Part shown: positions 7,757 through 16,820 of the stretch, piece by piece
How positions within the stretch are numbered: position 1 is the stretch's first letter
Layout of the letters: every line of letters starts with the position of its first letter
IMG/VR virus record: IMGVR_UViG_3300034416_000016
Location: 1-37,011 of that record
From: a virus
Lineage: Duplodnaviria; Caudoviricetes
Direction: 5' to 3' (one strand)
Length of the DNA stretch: 37,011 nt
The notes under the pieces: generated by a model
The model's database searches: none
What the model saw: the letters and a program-made list of their open reading frames with translations, nothing else
Told to the model about the DNA's origin: nothing
Position numbers and translations under genes: made by a program

Positions 7757-8638
7757 TTATATAACAAAATAGCGGTTCTTATACTTAATAAAAACCGTTT
7801 GAGGTATACTGTCCCCTTCTGTAGAATAGGAAATGATATTCTTTCCCTGCTCCAATAAAAAGAAATCACTGTCAATGTCAATATATCCATAGCCAGATTC
7901 CGTCACAACTCCGCCGTTTTGAATCTCTACCTTGATATTTTCATAATCAGAGTAGATGTACAATAAATCACCAGTAACAATCTGCTTATTGATCTTGATA
8001 AACTTATCACCATTCAGAATAATCTTTGGGTTGAGTGCTGGGCCATAGAACAGAACTTCAATGGGTGTATCAATATCACCGTCGTTAATGATCTCAATCT
8101 GCTTCGGTCCCTGGATCCCCATTTTTATACCGCCTGCCTTGAAGGTGAACAGTTTAAATTGTGGGATCCAGGTTTCAATCTTGATACTATCGCCGTTCTT
8201 GTCTCTGAAATAAGGATCAAAGCATTGGAATTCGATTTTAAATGACAACAGAACATCATTTGAGGTTTTATAATCTGTCGAGTATTGTACTGTACCATCC
8301 GGGTAGCCGTTGATTTCCCGATACTCCCCGTTTTTAAGCGTCCGGATTAGTATTTCATCTTTTGGGTTGATGATATGGTCAATCTGCTTTTTAATATCAT
8401 CAATGGTATTGTTTTGATTCCCGATAATGGCCGCCTCGATTGTAATAAACCTGGGATCCATCGCCACATCCTGAAGGGTCTGGCCGTCCTGCCCGACACC
8501 TTTTACCGCCGTAAAGCTCGCTGGTACCGTCCCCGGGTCAAAGTTCTGAAGTAATACCCCGGTTGTCTGGATAATCGGATAGATGGCAAAACTTTCGCCG
8601 TTTCTCAGATTTTTTATAAATACATTATCCGGTTTCAT
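7757..8638 (-). CDS. Distal tail protein (Dit)
   Basis: Follows tape measure gene; GQDG, DPYF, NDGDIDTP, NPKI, GKNII motifs. Confidence 0.85.
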   Translation of the reverse strand: MKPDNVFIKNLRNGESFAIYPIIQTTGVLLQNFDPGTVPASFTAVKGVGQDGQTLQDVAMDPRFITIEAAIIGNQNNTIDDIKKQIDHIINPKDEILIRTLKNGEYREINGYPDGTVQYSTDYKTSNDVLLSFKIEFQCFDPYFRDKNGDSIKIETWIPQFKLFTFKAGGIKMGIQGPKQIEIINDGDIDTPIEVLFYGPALNPKIILNGDKFIKINKQIVTGDLLYIYSDYENIKVEIQNGGVVTESGYGYIDIDSDFFLLEQGKNIISYSTEGDSIPQTVFIKYKNRYFVI

Positions 8639-8648
8639 GTCTGGCCTC

Positions 8649-11582
8649 CTAAATGATATTTTCTATGGCTTTTTTTGCTGCTCGCGCTACCTGATATGGG
8701 CTATCCACATTCCCATAGAAATTAAACTCCTGACTGACTTCTTTGCTATTATCCGTATTGCCCTGAGTGTAATCCCTGTTTTCTTCTTCCGTCAAAACAC
8801 GCTCACCTTTATGAAGCGTGGCTTTGAACCCATCATACGGCACATAATTCAGTCCATTATAATATGATCCGCCGCCGCCTCCACCGCCACCGCCGCTTCC
8901 GGTGCCACCAGTTGTTGTATAGACCAGTTCAGCATATTTTGTTTCAAAAACAAGGCCGTTCCATGTCCATTCAGCCTGTTGGAAAACTCCGATCTGTGAA
9001 TCCGCATTAGAATCAACAATTGCATCTTTATGCCCTGGGAACCAACTTGCCCACCAGTTTTTCGTCTGATCCCAATTACTGAGGATTTCGCCGGTATTGG
9101 TATCAACCGTATTTCCTAAATCATCATAGGAATTTGCCAGAACTACAACACCCTGATCCTTTGTTGCTTGAGCCGCAGATATCGTTTCATCGCGCTGCCG
9201 CCCTGCATCAGCAATCATCTGATCGGCCATCTCCTGAGTGGCAATTGTCCCATCTTCTTTCATCTGGTTGATAATCTTGATTTTTTCAGCATATTCTGTA
9301 TTTGCTGCATCAACAGACTTAACACGCTGATCCTCAAGGGTTTTAATGTGTTCGCTTGCGGTTTCTGCAGTGATTCGTCCATCTTGATCTTTTATACGGC
9401 CTAAAATAACTGCGCTTTCTGCCTCCGTTTCGGACAAGGTCGTAACAGCGGATGTTTTCATTTCTCCCTGAATCGTTGCAATTGTGGCCTGCTCTTCAGA
9501 AGTGATACTCCGATGTTCATCAGCGGCCTTTTGCAAAATGGTCTGAATATCTGCTTGATGTTTTTCATTTTCTGCTTTTGTTGTTTCTAAATAAGTTTTT
9601 AAATTTGCCAAGGTTGTGGCTTGATCTTCTGCAGTAATACTACTTGAATTGGCGAAAAAACTCTGCAGCTGTGTAAGCCGGGTATTATAATCACTCTCCA
9701 AACTGGCATTGATTGTTTGCCCCATCGTGGCATATTTGGTTGTCATATCTGTTGCAATTTCCTGAGTAACGGTTGTACTATTCAGATAGAGATTCATGAG
9801 ACTCTTTTGGGCTTCAGTGTCTAAACTCATATAGGCATTGACCGCCGTTTTGGTCGCTTCGGATATGGTAACAGACGATTGACTAACTGCTAATGCTGTT
9901 GTGCCAGTATTTACAGCCAGAGATTGGTTCATTTCATCCAGTTTGGACGTAAATATGTCAACTTGTGGAACAACATCAGCATTTAACTGGGCGTAGGCCT
10001 CAGATCCTGTCACTGCTACACCAGCAACCGCTAACCCTAAAAGTCCAACGGACGTTGCTGCAGTTGCTGCGCTTGTGCCTAAAACTCCTGATAAAACACC
10101 ACCTAATGTGCTTGACGCTCCGGCTGTTGTCGCTGCTGCTGCACCAGTTGCTGCAACCTCCGTGGTTAATGCTGCCGTACTGGCTGCGGTTGTTGTAGCT
10201 GCAGCTCCAGCTGCTGCCGTTTCTGCTGTCATCGCAGCTGTTCCAGCACTGGCCACGGTCGAAGCCGTTCCCAGACTGGATAATCCAGCATTAATTCCTT
10301 CAATCAAAGGTTTAACTTTGGTATAAGCTGTGACAGCAGTGCCCGCTGCTGAAACCAAAGGACCAATCGCAATCAAAACCAGCCCTGCATCAACAATAAA
10401 TTTCTGCTGACCATCACTCATACTGCTGAATGCATGGGCAACATTCGTAATCACGCCAGCCAGTTCAACCATTGCTGGAGCCATAGCTCCGCCAAGCTCT
10501 ATCCCGGCGTTTTTAAGTTCGTTAACAGCTGCTTTGAGTTGTTCCAGCGGATCAGCATTAAGCTTATCCACTGCTGCTTGGGTCGCACCTGCTGAATTCT
10601 CAATTTTATTCAGAAATTCGTTGTATTGCTCACCGTTTTGAGACGCCATAACGAGAGCGGCTGTTCCAGCTTCCACAGACCCGAACATGTCTTTTAATGT
10701 CATTCCAGATGCTGCAGCATATTGACTCAACATATTAAGAATGTCTGCCGTTGGTACGCCTTCCGCTTTTAACTGCGCAAATCCTTTGCCGGATAATTCC
10801 CTCAATGCCTGGTCGGCTACTGATCCAGTTTTTCCGAGTTCTGACAGCATTGATTTAATATAGGTACCTGCTTCAGCCGTTTCGATCCCATTAAATGTCA
10901 ATTGCGCATAAGCTGCTGAAAGCTCACTCATCCCAAAATTAACACTGTTTGCAACCGGGATGACTTTCCCCATGCTTTGGGCCAGTTCGTCAACAGTCGT
11001 TTTCCCAAGGTTCTGGGTTTCGATGAGCATATCAGAAATTTTAGTAGCATCAGAAGCTGACATGCCATAACCATTAATGGCTGTTGTTAAAACATCAACT
11101 GCCAAGGCACCTGTGGTGAAACCACCTCTGGCCAGATCCATGGCTTTTGTTGTAAAACCAATCGCCTCAGTCTGGTCAACACCGGCAGATATGGATTCAT
11201 AAACAGCATTGGTATAATCACCGATGGCGACTTTGCTATCATTGGAACCCTGAATAATTGCTTCTTTGTAATCGCCAAAATTTACGACGCCATCGTCCAG
11301 AAGGGTTGAAACTTTTGTGAAGCTGTTTCCAAATTCCAGCGCCATTGCTACTGAACCAGCCGCTACAGCTGCAAGGGGGACCGAGACATGTTTTGTAAGG
11401 CTCCCACCAATATCAGTCAGCTTTTCACCTACTTTGGCCGTATCAGCCAATGATTTACTGATATTATTTGCTTCAGCAACACCCAAAGCGGCTGCTTCGC
11501 TCATATCACTTTTAAACCCGGTAATCTCAGCCTTTAACTCGACCACTAAAGGCGCAAGCTCAATACCACCTGTTAAACTCAT
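8649..11582 (-). CDS. Tail tape measure protein
   Basis: 977 aa Ala-rich helical protein, TP901-type core (TQNLGKTTVDELA), C-terminal LHKGERVLT. Confidence 0.93.
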   Translation of the reverse strand: MSLTGGIELAPLVVELKAEITGFKSDMSEAAALGVAEANNISKSLADTAKVGEKLTDIGGSLTKHVSVPLAAVAAGSVAMALEFGNSFTKVSTLLDDGVVNFGDYKEAIIQGSNDSKVAIGDYTNAVYESISAGVDQTEAIGFTTKAMDLARGGFTTGALAVDVLTTAINGYGMSASDATKISDMLIETQNLGKTTVDELAQSMGKVIPVANSVNFGMSELSAAYAQLTFNGIETAEAGTYIKSMLSELGKTGSVADQALRELSGKGFAQLKAEGVPTADILNMLSQYAAASGMTLKDMFGSVEAGTAALVMASQNGEQYNEFLNKIENSAGATQAAVDKLNADPLEQLKAAVNELKNAGIELGGAMAPAMVELAGVITNVAHAFSSMSDGQQKFIVDAGLVLIAIGPLVSAAGTAVTAYTKVKPLIEGINAGLSSLGTASTVASAGTAAMTAETAAAGAAATTTAASTAALTTEVAATGAAAATTAGASSTLGGVLSGVLGTSAATAATSVGLLGLAVAGVAVTGSEAYAQLNADVVPQVDIFTSKLDEMNQSLAVNTGTTALAVSQSSVTISEATKTAVNAYMSLDTEAQKSLMNLYLNSTTVTQEIATDMTTKYATMGQTINASLESDYNTRLTQLQSFFANSSSITAEDQATTLANLKTYLETTKAENEKHQADIQTILQKAADEHRSITSEEQATIATIQGEMKTSAVTTLSETEAESAVILGRIKDQDGRITAETASEHIKTLEDQRVKSVDAANTEYAEKIKIINQMKEDGTIATQEMADQMIADAGRQRDETISAAQATKDQGVVVLANSYDDLGNTVDTNTGEILSNWDQTKNWWASWFPGHKDAIVDSNADSQIGVFQQAEWTWNGLVFETKYAELVYTTTGGTGSGGGGGGGGGSYYNGLNYVPYDGFKATLHKGERVLTEEENRDYTQGNTDNSKEVSQEFNFYGNVDSPYQVARAAKKAIENII

Positions 11583-11899
11583 CGTCTCCCCCTTTCCGAA
11601 AATTCTCTGATTTTATCTTCATCTGCGTCAGTCTGCTTATACCGCCAGAGATTCTTTAAAAGCTCCCGGCCTTCTTTTGACTGATTCATAACATCGATCC
11701 AGGATTCTTTCCGGTAAAGCATATAGGCCCCATAGTTCAGATTCAAAACCTCATCGAAATTCAGTCCGGTATAGTTTGCGATCCGCTTTATCTCAAAAGT
11801 TAAAAGCAAATAATGACTCTCCCAATCCTCACGCTTGAAATGTTTTGAGGCAATCGCCTCGCCTATTTCGCCTTCTGGGATTGGGATTTTGAGTTTGGG
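11579..11899 (-). CDS. -1 frameshift extension of the tail assembly chaperone (gpGT-like)
   Basis: Slippery heptamer C CCA AAC at 11893-11899; the -1 frame is open (KLKIPIPEGEIGEA..) and runs into ORF 11579..11809. Confidence 0.8.
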   Translation of the reverse strand, partial: PKLKIPIPEGEIGEAIASKHFKREDWESHYLLLTFEIKRIANYTGLNFDEVLNLNYGAYMLYRKESWIDVMNQSKEGRELLKNLWRYKQTDADEDKIREFSERGRR

Positions 11900-12195
11900 T
11901 CGGTTTCCAATTCAACCCTTGCATTAAATATGGCTGTCACCACTAACATAATTCCGTTAAGTGGGATTCTTTTAACAAGATCCATTGGGATCTCTTTACC
12001 TTCAAGATTGTCATTCAGCAGCAAATGGGCTGATTTCTGTTTGATTTCATAATCGGTTGCCCGATCTTTTCCGATACCTTTTTCCAATTCAGCAATTCGT
12101 CCCATGTTGGCCACCGATGGCATTTTTACATGAAGCAAATCATCGCCTAACTGAATCTCTACAGACTTATTAATATACGCATTTAAATCAATCAT
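11863..12195 (-). CDS. Tail assembly chaperone (gpG-like)
   Basis: 110 aa, between major tail and tape measure genes. Confidence 0.8.
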   Translation of the reverse strand: MIDLNAYINKSVEIQLGDDLLHVKMPSVANMGRIAELEKGIGKDRATDYEIKQKSAHLLLNDNLEGKEIPMDLVKRIPLNGIMLVVTAIFNARVELETDPNSKSQSQKAK

Positions 12196-12216
12196 TTTTT
12201 CTCACTTTCTAAAATA

Positions 12217-12245
12217 GAAAAAGCGCATCTTTCGACACGCTTTTA
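12217..12245. terminator. Likely bidirectional intrinsic terminator after the lipoprotein moron
   Basis: AAAAGCG..CGCTTTT inverted repeat. Confidence 0.6.
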
Positions 12246-12259
12246 GCTTTTTCTCTTTA

Positions 12260-12781
12260 TTAATTTGTAATTGGAATTGTTATTTCCCCCAGTTTTTGAT
12301 TGTCGGCCCGCCTAAAAATAGCTGTGATGTTCTTACTGTCATTTAGTAAAGCATATGCAATCGATGCTGCACACTTCCCGCCAATCGGTGCATCTTGTAC
12401 TAACCGCGATTTATCCAACACGCCTGCAGTATTTAAAATCGTTCCTGAATCATCCATAACTTGGAATGCTCCAGCAGGAATATTTAAATCCTCCCCATTC
12501 GCACCAGTATAATTTTGATTTAAATATGAATAATCTAAAAACACGACACTTTCGGGTGTTTGCCCGGTTGTTGGATTTCTCTCTTCTGTTGTACGCACGC
12601 CTTCGATTGTTAGGGTGTAATTTCCGTGCTCAGTATTAACTTGGAGCGGCTGATTCAGTGTCATTTTTGGGATACTTGTACTAGCCTGGTTAGTGTTTCC
12701 GCTTGCCCCCGTTGTACCGTTACTGCATCCCCCCAATAATAACGAAACCAACACCAATAATATAACCATTATCTTTTTCAT
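12260..12781 (-). CDS. Moron lipoprotein (possible Ig-like/DUF4352-like fold)
   Basis: MKKIMVILLVLVSLLLGG-C lipobox, Ser/Thr linker, own promoter and terminator. Confidence 0.8.
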   Translation of the reverse strand: MKKIMVILLVLVSLLLGGCSNGTTGASGNTNQASTSIPKMTLNQPLQVNTEHGNYTLTIEGVRTTEERNPTTGQTPESVVFLDYSYLNQNYTGANGEDLNIPAGAFQVMDDSGTILNTAGVLDKSRLVQDAPIGGKCAASIAYALLNDSKNITAIFRRADNQKLGEITIPITN

Positions 12782-12810
12782 TCGTTTCACCTCTATAATA
12801 AATTAACTAA

Positions 12811-12839
12811 ATTATAGACCTTGAATCATCTTAAAACAA
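12811..12839 (-). promoter_or_regulatory. Moron promoter TTGTTT-17-TATAAT
   Basis: -35 at 12834-12839, -10 at 12811-12816. Confidence 0.6.
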
Positions 12840-12847
12840 GAAAGATA

Positions 12848-13405
12848 TTATGCTGGTAATGCTGCCGCCTCTTCATCGGTCAGTTCTTCCTCGAACGACG
12901 CCAGATAGTTTTTGATATACTCAATTGCTGTAAGTTCTGCATCAACAGTCAATTCTTTGTCTGAGAATTCCATTGAGAAACCATTTCCGCCCTGGGCAAT
13001 CATGGTAAACCGGATCTTCTTCCCATTTTCTTTTTCATGAACAAACCGAACTAAAACGGTTTTCAGACTGCCGCCGCCACCAAAGGTCAGTGTTCTGGTT
13101 TTCTTGATCTTATCAGCCACAAAGGTTGCAGTTGATAAAAGCTCAAGGTTTTCCAGTTTCCAGCGTAAAATACCCGTTTTGGCTGTAATTTCTTCTTTTG
13201 TGATAAAGCTTTTAACCACGTTCCCATATTGGTTGGTTACATCGTATTTATCCGGCTTGTAATCAATAGAAAAACCACCAGAACAATGACCCACGTTATT
13301 GGCATCTGTTTCGATTGTCGTATGTTCCGGGATGACCGTCCCGGTGAATTCGTACATAAAGACCTCACCGGCCCCCAAGATAATTTCTTGATTATCCAAA
13401 CTCAT
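12848..13405 (-). CDS. Major tail (tube) protein
   Basis: IILGAGEVF, VGHCSGGFSIDYKP motifs; gene position. Confidence 0.8.
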   Translation of the reverse strand: MSLDNQEIILGAGEVFMYEFTGTVIPEHTTIETDANNVGHCSGGFSIDYKPDKYDVTNQYGNVVKSFITKEEITAKTGILRWKLENLELLSTATFVADKIKKTRTLTFGGGGSLKTVLVRFVHEKENGKKIRFTMIAQGGNGFSMEFSDKELTVDAELTAIEYIKNYLASFEEELTDEEAAALPA

Positions 13406-13765
13406 TTATTTTTCCCTCCATTTGATAATGTAAATCAGTGTTAATTCGTACATCTGAGGGCCATCATTAAACAAGATCCCCCCGCCACTTAACGCTGATT
13501 TGAATTTTGTGTTGTTATAAGCAACAAACGGATCACTATCTGCATGATCCAGAGTCGCATTCAATTCTTTTTCAATCGCTTTGCAATCGTCGTAATCACT
13601 CCAGATCACTTTTAATGTCAATTGCGATTGCTTGACCGTTCCGCCCAGCACAGGGGTAAAGGTATAGACAATGCTGAGGGCAGAGATATCATCAGTAAAA
13701 ACTGGGAACAACCTGCCGTTTAGGCTAATATTCTCATTAATATAGTTTTTTACATCAATTTCCAT
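13406..13765 (-). CDS. Tail terminator / completion protein
   Basis: Position; start moved to MEIDVKNY so it does not overlap the HK97 gp10-like gene. Confidence 0.7.
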   Translation of the reverse strand: MEIDVKNYINENISLNGRLFPVFTDDISALSIVYTFTPVLGGTVKQSQLTLKVIWSDYDDCKAIEKELNATLDHADSDPFVAYNNTKFKSALSGGGILFNDGPQMYELTLIYIIKWREK

Positions 13766-13766
13766 G

Positions 13767-14180
13767 TTATTCACCCAGTATTCCGACAATCTTCCCCATA
13801 CTCTCTGATCTTGCATCTTCCAGATAAGGCTGCGGCTTTTGGCCACGAGTGATCCATCCCGTTGAATACTTCCCAGAAATCCCAGCCGGCACAAACCACG
13901 GCGTTTTTCGACCATCCCCGTTTTTGGCATAAATACCGGTGCCGTTATGGACATAGGGCGCATAACCAACGGTATTGCCAATCCTACCAACGATAGCCGC
14001 TTCACTGACCTTCACATCTGATTGTATATCTGCCCTTAGAGCCCCAGTATCAACCGGGCATTTCTGCTTTGCGGATCGTTCCACCGTCAGGCAGGCTTTG
14101 TTCATGTTTGCACTCAGCTTCAGGATGATGGCCAGCGTAGCATTTTCAACGCTGGTTATGAATTCTCCATTGTCGCTCAT
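13767..14180 (-). CDS. HK97 gp10-family tail component
   Basis: AK..CPVDTGALRADI, YAPYVHNGTG, GQKPQPYL motifs. Confidence 0.88.
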   Translation of the reverse strand: MSDNGEFITSVENATLAIILKLSANMNKACLTVERSAKQKCPVDTGALRADIQSDVKVSEAAIVGRIGNTVGYAPYVHNGTGIYAKNGDGRKTPWFVPAGISGKYSTGWITRGQKPQPYLEDARSESMGKIVGILGE

Positions 14181-14488
14181 GTCTCCACCTTCTTTAACAA
14201 TAGATTAGTCATCCGGTAATCGCCGGCTGCACTTAAAATCTCATAAATCTCACCATTGCTGTCCTTTAGCCGGTTTTTCCCGGCTTTTATGCCTTTTGAA
14301 TATGTAATTCCACTATGAGTTGATTCCTGGTATTTTACACTTTGGTAAAGCCTCGTTTCATTGATCTGGCTGATTGAGACCTGGATAGTCTTTAAATCTG
14401 TCCAGGTGATCTTTTTCGCACCGCTGGCTGTCGTTACCGTTGTTTCGTTTTGCAAGATAAAAGCTTTTGTTCTTGTGGCCATACTCAT
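14177..14488 (-). CDS. Head closure (stopper) protein
   Basis: 103 aa, position after the connector gene. Confidence 0.7.
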   Translation of the reverse strand: MSMATRTKAFILQNETTVTTASGAKKITWTDLKTIQVSISQINETRLYQSVKYQESTHSGITYSKGIKAGKNRLKDSNGEIYEILSAAGDYRMTNLLLKKVET

Positions 14489-14793
14489 AATCTCACCCGC
14501 CTTAACCGGATGATTCTTTTCATCAGGTCCGCGGGATATCCATCAATGAAGTTTTCAGATGTTCCGCTTACGCTGGTGCTGGAAATACCCTCATAACCTA
14601 ACCGGTTGATCTTCAAAAGCGCCATTTCCTTTAAAACAGGTAACGCCGCTGCAGGCAAATCCAAATCATCCGGGTAATTCGTCAACTGCCTGAATTCAAT
14701 CTGCGCATCGGCAACCAGATCAGCTAATAACCCGGCGTTGATATTCTCAACACCGGGCCGTAATTTGAGCATTGCTAATAGTTGTTCGCCCAT
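14485..14793 (-). CDS. Head-tail connector protein
   Basis: NRLGYEGISSTSVSG motif; directly after the capsid gene. Confidence 0.85.
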   Translation of the reverse strand: MGEQLLAMLKLRPGVENINAGLLADLVADAQIEFRQLTNYPDDLDLPAAALPVLKEMALLKINRLGYEGISSTSVSGTSENFIDGYPADLMKRIIRLRRVRL

Positions 14794-14819
14794 TCTATCC
14801 CCTCCTTATCGGGCCGGGA

Positions 14820-15821
14820 TTATTTTTTGATCTTTGCCAGCACCACTTTAGATGTATTTGATAAGGCCACCGCGTAATGCTTATCGACGGAAATATCAGT
14901 CTTTCGCGACAGTGACACCCGGTCAGTTTCCACATTGGTATCCCGTTTCAGGTAAACAGTCAGGGCCGGTGCTTCATCTTCGGTTTCAGTTTCGGTTTCC
15001 AATTTGACAATTGGATTGAAATAGACCGCCGTGGTCTTTTTCAGAACAAATTCACCAACTTTTGCAATCGGCAGAGATTCAGCGACTGTCGAGAGTAGCA
15101 CTTGTGAAGCTGTTGGTGTTCCTGATTCGATGATTGCCAACGCACCGGAATCACCTTCAGCACAGGCCGCATACCATTCAGCGAATTCCTTCACACGTCG
15201 TGATGGAACAATTCGGGTATTGGCCACAGTCCCAATTTCCCCCGACACCATCACGCCGCTGGTATATTTGTCAGCGCTGATAAAATCAGAATCTTTTCTG
15301 AGCTTTGTCACCTGATTCGGATGCACGAACATGACCTTTTGCGCATTGATTTCCTCGTTGAAAAGGTCAATAGCGTCCACAATCCCAGCGTAAGCGATCT
15401 GGGCACCTGATCCATCATAGATCAACTGAGCATTGAACAAGGCATCCATCGCATCGGCATCAGCCTTTGACGCAATCGCTTTGGCCAGCTGGTTGTTTGT
15501 TTCACCAACCGGGTTTCCGTAACCGCTTAATACAGCTTCATCGGTCAACTCCACGGCTTTCATAGCCTTTTTCACCTTAACCTGAGTGGTGGAAGATGTC
15601 AGTTTGACCGTTTCAGCGGCCACACCTTCAGCAACATCCACGGCATCCCCAATGTAGGCATATTGTGGCACGGTGATAGTATCCCCCGGCTGACCGGTCA
15701 AAGTGGAATCCACCTTTGCAAAAGGTGTTACAATAATTTTGTCAGGTACTTTTGCGGAAATCATGTCCGCCATTACCTCCGGGTTGATTAGATCTGATAA
15801 TGTTGTTGTTAAATTTGGCAT
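14820..15821 (-). CDS. Major capsid protein (N4-gp56-like family)
   Basis: LINPEVMADMI, GQPGDTITVP..YIGDA..VAEG, LTDEAVLSGYGNPVGE, VETDR motifs. Confidence 0.92.
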   Translation of the reverse strand: MPNLTTTLSDLINPEVMADMISAKVPDKIIVTPFAKVDSTLTGQPGDTITVPQYAYIGDAVDVAEGVAAETVKLTSSTTQVKVKKAMKAVELTDEAVLSGYGNPVGETNNQLAKAIASKADADAMDALFNAQLIYDGSGAQIAYAGIVDAIDLFNEEINAQKVMFVHPNQVTKLRKDSDFISADKYTSGVMVSGEIGTVANTRIVPSRRVKEFAEWYAACAEGDSGALAIIESGTPTASQVLLSTVAESLPIAKVGEFVLKKTTAVYFNPIVKLETETETEDEAPALTVYLKRDTNVETDRVSLSRKTDISVDKHYAVALSNTSKVVLAKIKK

Positions 15822-15844
15822 ATTTTATTTCTCCATTTCTTTTA

Positions 15845-16447
15845 TTAGTTTGAATTCAGCTGATCATACAGCTCTTTATTTGTTTTATAGAGTTCAACTC
15901 TCTGGTTATATCCCATTTTGACAAACTGTTCTTTTGTTACATCTCCGGCGGGGCTACCAGTATTTTCCGGCGTTCTCCCGGATACCTGGCTTTCAAAGAG
16001 ATCTTTATAAGATTCTTTAAGACCGCTGATTTGCTCATCAATGCCGATGACCTTGCCATCATCTCCAATGATCAGCTTTTCCCGGTCAATCTTACCGGTC
16101 AAAAGGTCGCTGTGTTTTGCTTTACTGCCAAGCAAAGCTTTTTCAATAGCTGTATTAATCGTGATATCTTTCATCTGTTTGTCAAAATCGGCTTTTTGAG
16201 TCTTTAACGCTTCTTCGTGCTGCTTGATTGTATTCTGCAAAGCTTCGTTGTCCTGGTTGTCCGCTTTCAGGTCCGTGATAGTCTTATTCGCTGTTTTTAG
16301 TTGGGTGTTCAGATCATTGAAAGTCTCCTTCGGTACCGCATTTTTGGGAAACTCACCATTGATCTGGGTCATTAACCCATCAATATCAAGCTTGCCATCC
16401 TCACTGATCGTCGCAGCTTCTAAAATCTTTTTTAACCATTCGTTCAT
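15845..16447 (-). CDS. Capsid scaffold protein (Phage_GP20-like)
   Basis: Coiled coil with VPK..FN, GIDEQI..LKES..LF motifs; precedes the capsid gene. Confidence 0.88.
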   Translation of the reverse strand: MNEWLKKILEAATISEDGKLDIDGLMTQINGEFPKNAVPKETFNDLNTQLKTANKTITDLKADNQDNEALQNTIKQHEEALKTQKADFDKQMKDITINTAIEKALLGSKAKHSDLLTGKIDREKLIIGDDGKVIGIDEQISGLKESYKDLFESQVSGRTPENTGSPAGDVTKEQFVKMGYNQRVELYKTNKELYDQLNSN

Positions 16448-16461
16448 TTTCTACATCCTCC

Positions 16462-16542
16462 ATAGTTTTTTATGGTGGTCACTACCCACCTGGGATTCTT
16501 TTGCCGGTTGTTCTTTATGCCCTGCAACTTGCCAAAAAGGGC
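16462..16542 (-). ncRNA. Structured scaffold-gene leader: two tandem putative H-type pseudoknots
   Basis: GCCCT/AGGGC with GTTG/CAAC; GGTGG/CCACC with GTAGT/ACTAT; each has an A-rich linker; the second abuts GGAGG. Confidence 0.55.
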
Positions 16543-16543
16543 G

Positions 16544-16570
16544 AAAAAATAAGACCTTAACCCTGGTCTT
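16544..16570 (-). terminator. Intrinsic terminator upstream of the scaffold leader
   Basis: AAGACC..GGTCTT stem followed by ATTTTTT. Confidence 0.6.
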
Positions 16571-16585
16571 CTGGGAGATAAGAAA

Positions 16586-16684
16586 TCACCTCCGATTCTG
16601 CTCACAAATACCTGTTTCTAAAAATCGACAATACCAACGATTAATACAAAATTTGCAATCTTCATCTTTTGGGTAATCGTTCAT
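16586..16684 (-). CDS. Cys-rich microprotein (32 aa)
   Basis: AAGGA RBS; MNDYPKDEDCKFCINRWYCRFLETGICEQNRR. Confidence 0.5.
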   Translation of the reverse strand: MNDYPKDEDCKFCINRWYCRFLETGICEQNRR

Positions 16685-16820
16685 ACTCTTTTTCCTTGAC
16701 TCTGATATTTCCTCCAGAATAAAAAATGCACCCAGTCTGTCGGTAAGGATCTTTGAGGACTGGATCAAGACAATGGCCGCTTCGGTTAAAATCACAATTC
16801 AAGTGATCACATTCAAGCAT
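16662..16820 (-). CDS. Cys-rich microprotein (52 aa)
   Basis: AAGGGGG RBS; MLECDHLNCDFNRSGHC.. (CxxxxCxxNxxGxC pattern). Confidence 0.6.
   Translation of the reverse strand: MLECDHLNCDFNRSGHCLDPVLKDPYRQTGCIFYSGGNIRVKEKEYERLPKR

Noticed and set aside
16462-16490. preQ1-I riboswitch
   Set aside because: Stem and AUAAAAAACUA tail look similar, but the loop is only 7 nt and the downstream gene is a scaffold; kept only as a generic pseudoknot
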